A stretch of DNA of 64,000 bases from Candidatus Dormiibacterota bacterium (lineage in GTDB: Bacteria > Chloroflexota > Dormibacteria > Aeolococcales > Aeolococcaceae), in assembly GCA_963718525.1 (NCBI GenBank), contig OY970355.1, positions 3,008,001-3,072,000 on the forward strand, written 5' to 3'. Shown in pieces: positions 59,270 through 64,000 of the stretch. Made by a program: the position numbers and the translations under genes. The notes beneath the pieces were generated by a model. It was not told the DNA's origin. It searched no databases and worked only from the letters and a program-made list of their open reading frames with translations. The stretch's first letter is position 1. Each line of letters opens with the position of its first letter.

Positions 59270-59848
59270 GTGGGCGCGATAGCCGCATCTATCGACAGCA
59301 CTCCGGGTCAGGTTTTCGCAGACGCACTGCTGGTCGTTGCCATCGCGGTGAACGTCTACCTGGGTTGGAGTCACGGACTGATCCGCCGCATCTTCACGGC
59401 GGTGGGTGTCTTTCTCGCGTGCTTCGCCGCCTCGAACCTGGGCAACGCAATCGCGGCGTTGATCCACGCGCACAGCGCCGACGCAAATGCCTGGGCCTTC
59501 ACTGCGGTGTTTCTCTTCGTGGTCATCGTCATGGAGGTGCTCGGCACCCTGTTGAACGAACGCCTCCAGAAGATCGTCGTCGCCCCGTTTGATCGGATCG
59601 GCGGGGCAATCGCAGGCGGCGTGGTGGGCGTTGCCGAAGTGCTGATCCTCTTCCTGGTGGCAATCTCGGTCGGCACCGCGAGCACGACCAACCAGTCGAC
59701 CATGACGCAGGACATTCACGCGGCCACCCTGAGCGGACAGGTGGTGCGCCTCGAGCCCCAGGTTCGTACCCTGTTCGGGCCGGTCCTCCCCTCCAACCTC
59801 GGCGACCACTTCGCTCAGAACGCGGTGGTCATCACTCCGCCCGTCTGA
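59270..59848 (+). CDS. CvpA (colicin V production)-family membrane protein
   Basis: YLGWSHGLIRR...FDRIGGAIAGGVVG pattern; TGtTACGGT-N6-GTG leaderless-type start. Confidence 0.8.
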   Translation: MGAIAASIDSTPGQVFADALLVVAIAVNVYLGWSHGLIRRIFTAVGVFLACFAASNLGNAIAALIHAHSADANAWAFTAVFLFVVIVMEVLGTLLNERLQKIVVAPFDRIGGAIAGGVVGVAEVLILFLVAISVGTASTTNQSTMTQDIHAATLSGQVVRLEPQVRTLFGPVLPSNLGDHFAQNAVVITPPV

Positions 59849-59864
59849 CCCACGGGCGGCCGGC

Positions 59865-60254
59865 TCAGCGAGGCGAGCCGACGTCCGCCGGGAAGAAGGT
59901 CTTCACGACCGATCCGAGGCCGACAAGGTTGAAGGGCTTGGTGATCAGATGATTCGCGCCGGCGAGCCGGGCGCGCTCGATGTCGTCGTCACTTGACAGC
60001 GCGCTGAACATCACGATGGGCACCTCGGCGGTTGGGGTGTTTCCGCGGATGCGCTTGCACGTCTCGATCCCGTCCATGCCCGGCATCATGATGTCGAGGA
60101 TCACGAGGTCCGGAGCCCGAGCCTCCACCTGCGCAAGGCCGTCTTCGCCGTTCTCCGCTGTGGAGACGTCGTATCCCTCGATGCCGAGATACATCGCCAC
60201 GATGTGAAGGAGCCTGGGATCGTCGTCAACGATGAGAATGCTGCCCCGGGTCAT
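59865..60254 (-). CDS. Stand-alone response regulator receiver protein
   Basis: ILIVDDD, ILDIMMPGMDG, FSA, ITKPF. Confidence 0.93.
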   Translation of the reverse strand: MTRGSILIVDDDPRLLHIVAMYLGIEGYDVSTAENGEDGLAQVEARAPDLVILDIMMPGMDGIETCKRIRGNTPTAEVPIVMFSALSSDDDIERARLAGANHLITKPFNLVGLGSVVKTFFPADVGSPR

Positions 60255-60256
60255 GT

Positions 60257-60994
60257 CTAGGCCCCCGCTCCACCCTGGGTCGCGCTGAGGCGGCCCTCTG
60301 CCATGTACTTCGAGAGATCGCGCTCGTGGCCGAGGCCACGTTCGATCGAATCAAGGACGCGCTGATAGAACTCCTCGCGCTCCCTGCGGTCCTCATCCGG
60401 CGCGACAGCCTCACCGCGGATCCGATGCTGAATCCACGGCGGCACGAGCTGCTCGACGGTGTTCCCACCGACCTTGACGGTAATCATCGTGTCATCGAGC
60501 TCCTCGACGACGATGCTGACGCGGTGCGCGATGCCGACGTGGCTGTCGAGCCGCCAGGCCCGCTCCCAGGCGCGCTGCCTGCCGATACCCTCGAAGATGA
60601 GCGTCACGGGGTCTGCCACCAGTTGACCGCCGCTTCCGGACGAGAGCTCCTTGAGCAGGAGCCGCCAGACGTCGCCGTCGATCTGCCGGGATACCCAGCC
60701 GACCAGCGAAGGCGCGCGGTTGTCAAGGTCCGGCAGCGACACTGCCAGCGAGCTGTCGAGGCTCGGCAGTGCGCTCACCACGCCGGCATGGCGGCGGCAG
60801 TAGACGCGGTCCTCGATGGTGACGCGGTGCTCGACGCACCACGCGGTGCGACATTCGCGTCCGCGGCGGTCGATATACTCGCACGGGGCACCCTCGAGGG
60901 ACGTACATCCCGCCTGAGTGCACGGGTGCGTCGTCACGGCTGGCATCAGCCGATCCACCTTAGCATCGGTCGACGTCGCGCGAACCTTCGCCAT
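60257..60994 (-). CDS. Hypothetical protein with N-terminal Cys/His zinc finger
   Basis: C-x4-C-x7-C-x9-C-x4-C-x2-H-x9-C-x2-H; TGATG coupled to the upstream gene. Confidence 0.8.
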   Translation of the reverse strand: MAKVRATSTDAKVDRLMPAVTTHPCTQAGCTSLEGAPCEYIDRRGRECRTAWCVEHRVTIEDRVYCRRHAGVVSALPSLDSSLAVSLPDLDNRAPSLVGWVSRQIDGDVWRLLLKELSSGSGGQLVADPVTLIFEGIGRQRAWERAWRLDSHVGIAHRVSIVVEELDDTMITVKVGGNTVEQLVPPWIQHRIRGEAVAPDEDRREREEFYQRVLDSIERGLGHERDLSKYMAEGRLSATQGGAGA

Positions 60995-61713
60995 CACCAC
61001 ACCAGCGGGATGAGCCGCCGCGTCCGTGCTGCATAGCCCCTGTACTCGGGGAAGATGCGAGCCAGCAACCCTTCCTCGAAGCGGGCTCTCAGCATCTGCA
61101 CAGCGATGAACGGCAGCAGCGTGAGCGTGGCCCACAACCCCGGCCGCGCGAGGACAAGCGCAACGGCTGCGAGGATCTCGGCGGCGTAGAGGGGGTGCCG
61201 GATGAGCCGATAGGGACCACCCGTGACCAGTCTGCGAGCCTCCGGAATGATGCTCAGGCTCCTGCGAAGGAAGAGCAGGCCATAGACGCCGAGCGCGAAC
61301 GCAGCCAACGCCAGTGGGGCCGCGATGTCACGAATCAACGCGGGCGGGGTGAGCAGCACGGGGTTCGGAAAGGCGCCGACCACCAGGAGCATCGTCGTTC
61401 CCACCAGACCGGCCGTGCGAGCGATCATCCGGCCGTCACGGGCGCGGGGTCGTGGCCGTACCAGATAGATGCCGACCGGGATGACACAGAAGAGCAGGTA
61501 CACCCCCGTGGTCAGCGGCCCCGAGATCACGTCTCCCACGCCGGCGTGCACCGGAAGGGCGCGCACCTGAGAGAGCACATTCAGCAGCACTCGCCATCCC
61601 AGCAACGCGAAGAGCACGGCGGGCAGTGAACGTCCAAAGATCAGGAATCGGAGTTCTTCAACGCGACGTTCCAGGTCGCCACGGCGTGCTGGAATCGCGA
61701 CCGCCTCGGCCAT
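60994..61713 (-). CDS. ICMT/PEMT-family membrane methyltransferase
   Basis: LVTGGPYRLIRHPLY, RARFEE...FPEYRGY; TAGACT-N6-ATG. Confidence 0.88.
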   Translation of the reverse strand: MAEAVAIPARRGDLERRVEELRFLIFGRSLPAVLFALLGWRVLLNVLSQVRALPVHAGVGDVISGPLTTGVYLLFCVIPVGIYLVRPRPRARDGRMIARTAGLVGTTMLLVVGAFPNPVLLTPPALIRDIAAPLALAAFALGVYGLLFLRRSLSIIPEARRLVTGGPYRLIRHPLYAAEILAAVALVLARPGLWATLTLLPFIAVQMLRARFEEGLLARIFPEYRGYAARTRRLIPLVW

Positions 61714-61944
61714 GGCCGGAGTCTAGGTCACGCCAATTCAGAGCGACGCTCTCGTAGCGCGGTTGTCATCGAATCACCACGGTTTCTCGTTGCGCGCGCA
61801 CCGGCCGGGGTGTGTCCGATCCTTCGTTACCAATATTTAGCACGCAGGCCATTCCGTTGCAGCAGCAGGGGCTCACACTCGCAGCAGTCGGGTCCGAGCA
61901 ATCGTCTCGGTCTCGAGAATACAACCCGAAAGGAGGTGAAAACT

Positions 61945-62145
61945 ATGGATATGCTGAGCACCCTGTACCTTCGCGCAACAGAGTTCATCGCTCGCAAGCG
62001 TGAGGAGGCTGAGGAAGGCCAGGGCATGGTTGAGTATGCGCTCATCCTCGTCCTTATCGCCATCGTCGTTATCGTCATCCTGCAAGTCGTCGGCAAGCAG
62101 GTCAACAACGTGTTCTCGAACATCAGCAACGGCCTGGCCTCGTAG
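61945..62145 (+). CDS. flp: Flp/Fap major pilin
   Basis: EEG-QGMVEYALILVLIAIVVI Flp motif, 66 aa, AGGAGGTG RBS. Confidence 0.96.
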   Translation: MDMLSTLYLRATEFIARKREEAEEGQGMVEYALILVLIAIVVIVILQVVGKQVNNVFSNISNGLAS

Positions 62146-62169
62146 CTTCTACAAGCGACCAGGACAGTC

Positions 62170-62205
62170 AAGAGGAGCCGGCCATCGGGCTGGCTCCTCT
62201 TTTTT
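62170..62205 (+). terminator. Rho-independent terminator after flp
   Basis: AGAGGAGCCGGCC-ATCG-GGCTGGCTCCTCT stem followed by TTTTT. Confidence 0.9.
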
Positions 62206-62308
62206 ATGTCCGTTGTGAACGTTGTGTCGCGTCGCCGGTACGCGCCATCCGCGTGTGTGTCATTCGCCGTACCATGCGCTCGATGCACCCGGCACACGGG
62301 GGGTGGAT

Positions 62309-63556
62309 GTGATCCGCGTCCTCATCGCGGACGAGATCGCCAATGTTGTCGGCCACCTCGAGAAGCTCGAGCCGCACGCCGCCGAGATCGACGTGTGCGG
62401 TGTCGCGCACCAGGCGTCAGCCGTCATCGAGGAAGCGCGACTCCGCCAGCCCGACGTCCTCGTGCTCAACGAGCACTTGGCAGACCTCCCCGGAACGGAC
62501 TTCGCCGCGCAGCTTGAGTCGGTATCCCCGGCAACCCGCGTGCTGCTCATGACCTCCCGGAAATCGTCCGGAGGGTCCGTCCCATGGTCGGCGGGGACGG
62601 TCCAGGAATCGGCTGCCGGCCTGGAGTTCCTCGAGGCCATTCGCGTCGCGGCCGGCACCATCCCACCCACCGGCGGCGATTCCGCCGCTCCGCCCGCGCA
62701 GTCCGAGACGGCCTCGGGCGACCCCCCGGCGCCTCACCGTCGGGCGACGGTCGTCGTCGCATTTTCCGGCAAGGGGGGAACGGGGACGTCGATGGTCGCG
62801 ACCAACCTCGCCGTGACTCTCGCCGGTGGTGCCCGTGGACGCGCGGCCCTCGTGGACATCGATCTCCAGTTCGGCGACGCGGCGAGCATGCTCCGTGTCG
62901 AAAACCATCAGCAGTCGATGGCGGACCTGGCGCACCAAGGCGATGACATCGACAGCGATCTGCTCGAACGCGTGCTCGCGACCGGACCCGCGGAGGTCAG
63001 GGTCCTCCGTGCTCCCGCCACCCCCGAGCTCGCCGAGACCATCGCCGCGGCGGACCTCCGGTCGATCATCCGAGCCACAGCGCGGGCGCGCCAGTTCGTG
63101 GTGATCGATACGCCATCAGCCATCGACGAGCAAGTCCTAGAGGTGTTCGAGCTCGCCGACCGAGTGCTGCTGGTGACCAGCTACAACCTGAGCGCGGTGC
63201 GAGGCACCAAGACGACGCTGCTGTTGCTCGAAGCCCTGGGCGTCGACCCGGAGCGCATCGACGTCGTTCTCAACCACACGCGGCCGCGCACCAACTACCG
63301 CCGCGAGGATATCGAGGTGATCCTTGGCCGGCCTGTCATTGACGACCTTCCCTATGACCAGCGCGTGGATGCATCGCTGGATTCCGGAACGCCGATCGTC
63401 CTCGCAGAGCCGGACGCCGAGCTGGCTCGCCGCCTCGTCGCGCTGGCGCAGATCTTTCCTGCCCCGGCTACAGCGACCACCGGCCGTGATCCCGTCGAGG
63501 TACCGGCGCCCGCGGCGCCCGTTTACCGGCGGCGATTCAGCCTGGGCCGGAGGTAA
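62309..63556 (+). CDS. cpaE: CpaE/TadZ-like protein (atypical receiver + MinD-like ATPase)
   Basis: REC-like N-terminus, FSGKGGTGTS, VDIDLQFGD, VIDTP, C-terminal RRRFSLGRR. Confidence 0.88.
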   Translation: MIRVLIADEIANVVGHLEKLEPHAAEIDVCGVAHQASAVIEEARLRQPDVLVLNEHLADLPGTDFAAQLESVSPATRVLLMTSRKSSGGSVPWSAGTVQESAAGLEFLEAIRVAAGTIPPTGGDSAAPPAQSETASGDPPAPHRRATVVVAFSGKGGTGTSMVATNLAVTLAGGARGRAALVDIDLQFGDAASMLRVENHQQSMADLAHQGDDIDSDLLERVLATGPAEVRVLRAPATPELAETIAAADLRSIIRATARARQFVVIDTPSAIDEQVLEVFELADRVLLVTSYNLSAVRGTKTTLLLLEALGVDPERIDVVLNHTRPRTNYRREDIEVILGRPVIDDLPYDQRVDASLDSGTPIVLAEPDAELARRLVALAQIFPAPATATTGRDPVEVPAPAAPVYRRRFSLGRR

Positions 63557-63565
63557 GGTGGCGCC

Positions 63566-64000
63566 GTGATCCGCGTCCTGGTGGCCGACGGCAGCGAGCG
63601 CATACGTGCCAACCTCCTCCGCCGCCTCGCCGCGGAAGAGGACATCACGGTGTGCGGCACCGCCGAGAACGGCGAGGAGGCACTGCAGGAGGCACTCCAT
63701 CTCGTGCCCGACATCGCCGTGCTCGACGCCGGTCTGACGGGCCTCGACGGTGTGCAGACCACTGAGATGCTCGCCGAGTACGCCCCTCAGGCCGGGGTGA
63801 TTCTGATGTCCATGGAAAGCGGGAGCGAGCTCTTCCGCAGGGCGATGCTCGCAGGCGCCCGCGAGGTGCTTCAGAAGCCATTCGCCGGGGACGACCTGGT
63901 GGCCGCGATCCACAGGGTGCACGCGTTTCAGGCTCGCAAGCGAACTGCGCAGTCGATCCGCCAGCCCGAGCATGGTGGGCCGGCCGCACCGGACGGGGCG
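63566..64000 (+). CDS. Receiver-domain protein, probably a second CpaE-like protein (runs off window edge)
   Basis: Manual translation VIRVLVADGSERIR...PDIAVLDAGL...RRAMLAGAREVLQKPF..., open to the window end. Confidence 0.8.
   Translation, partial: MIRVLVADGSERIRANLLRRLAAEEDITVCGTAENGEEALQEALHLVPDIAVLDAGLTGLDGVQTTEMLAEYAPQAGVILMSMESGSELFRRAMLAGAREVLQKPFAGDDLVAAIHRVHAFQARKRTAQSIRQPEHGGPAAPDGA

Overview
High-GC bacterial chromosome window with two parts. (1) 1-21797 is core information-processing genes. The str/S10/spc ribosomal operon (rpsL-rpsG-fusA-tuf-rpsJ...rplF-rplR, minus strand) runs divergently, head-to-head, from rplJ-rplL-rpoB-rpoC (plus strand), and rplK-rplA are not upstream of rplJ; normally these genes are one co-directional block. 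(2) 21901-64000 is an extended monoderm-type Tad/Flp pilus neighbourhood: flp, cpaB, tadB, tadC, two TadE-like pilins, a TadG-like pilin, two cpaF ATPases, a CpaE-like protein plus a probable second one cut by the window edge, and no secretin seen. Interleaved are many signalling genes (REC-HD-GYP, DegS-like kinase, membrane kinase plus OmpR-family regulator, two stand-alone receivers), a tandem pair of GT-C-like membrane proteins and two ABC exporters. The best candidate for an undescribed system is a positioning-like module at 33453-39162: ParA, degenerate ParB, a coiled-coil protein with a membrane-targeting-like tail, a second divergent ParA and a triple DUF4388/PATAN-like acidic scaffold. 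A FimV/HubP-like acidic TPR protein next to cpaB may belong with it. The long beta-prime insertion, compact rpoB and secretin-less Tad suggest a Chloroflexota-related lineage such as Dormibacteria (inference only). Two genes carry single-base frameshifts that may be sequencing errors. No rRNA, tRNA, CRISPR array or transposase was recognised. All family calls are by-eye motif recognition; no searches were run.
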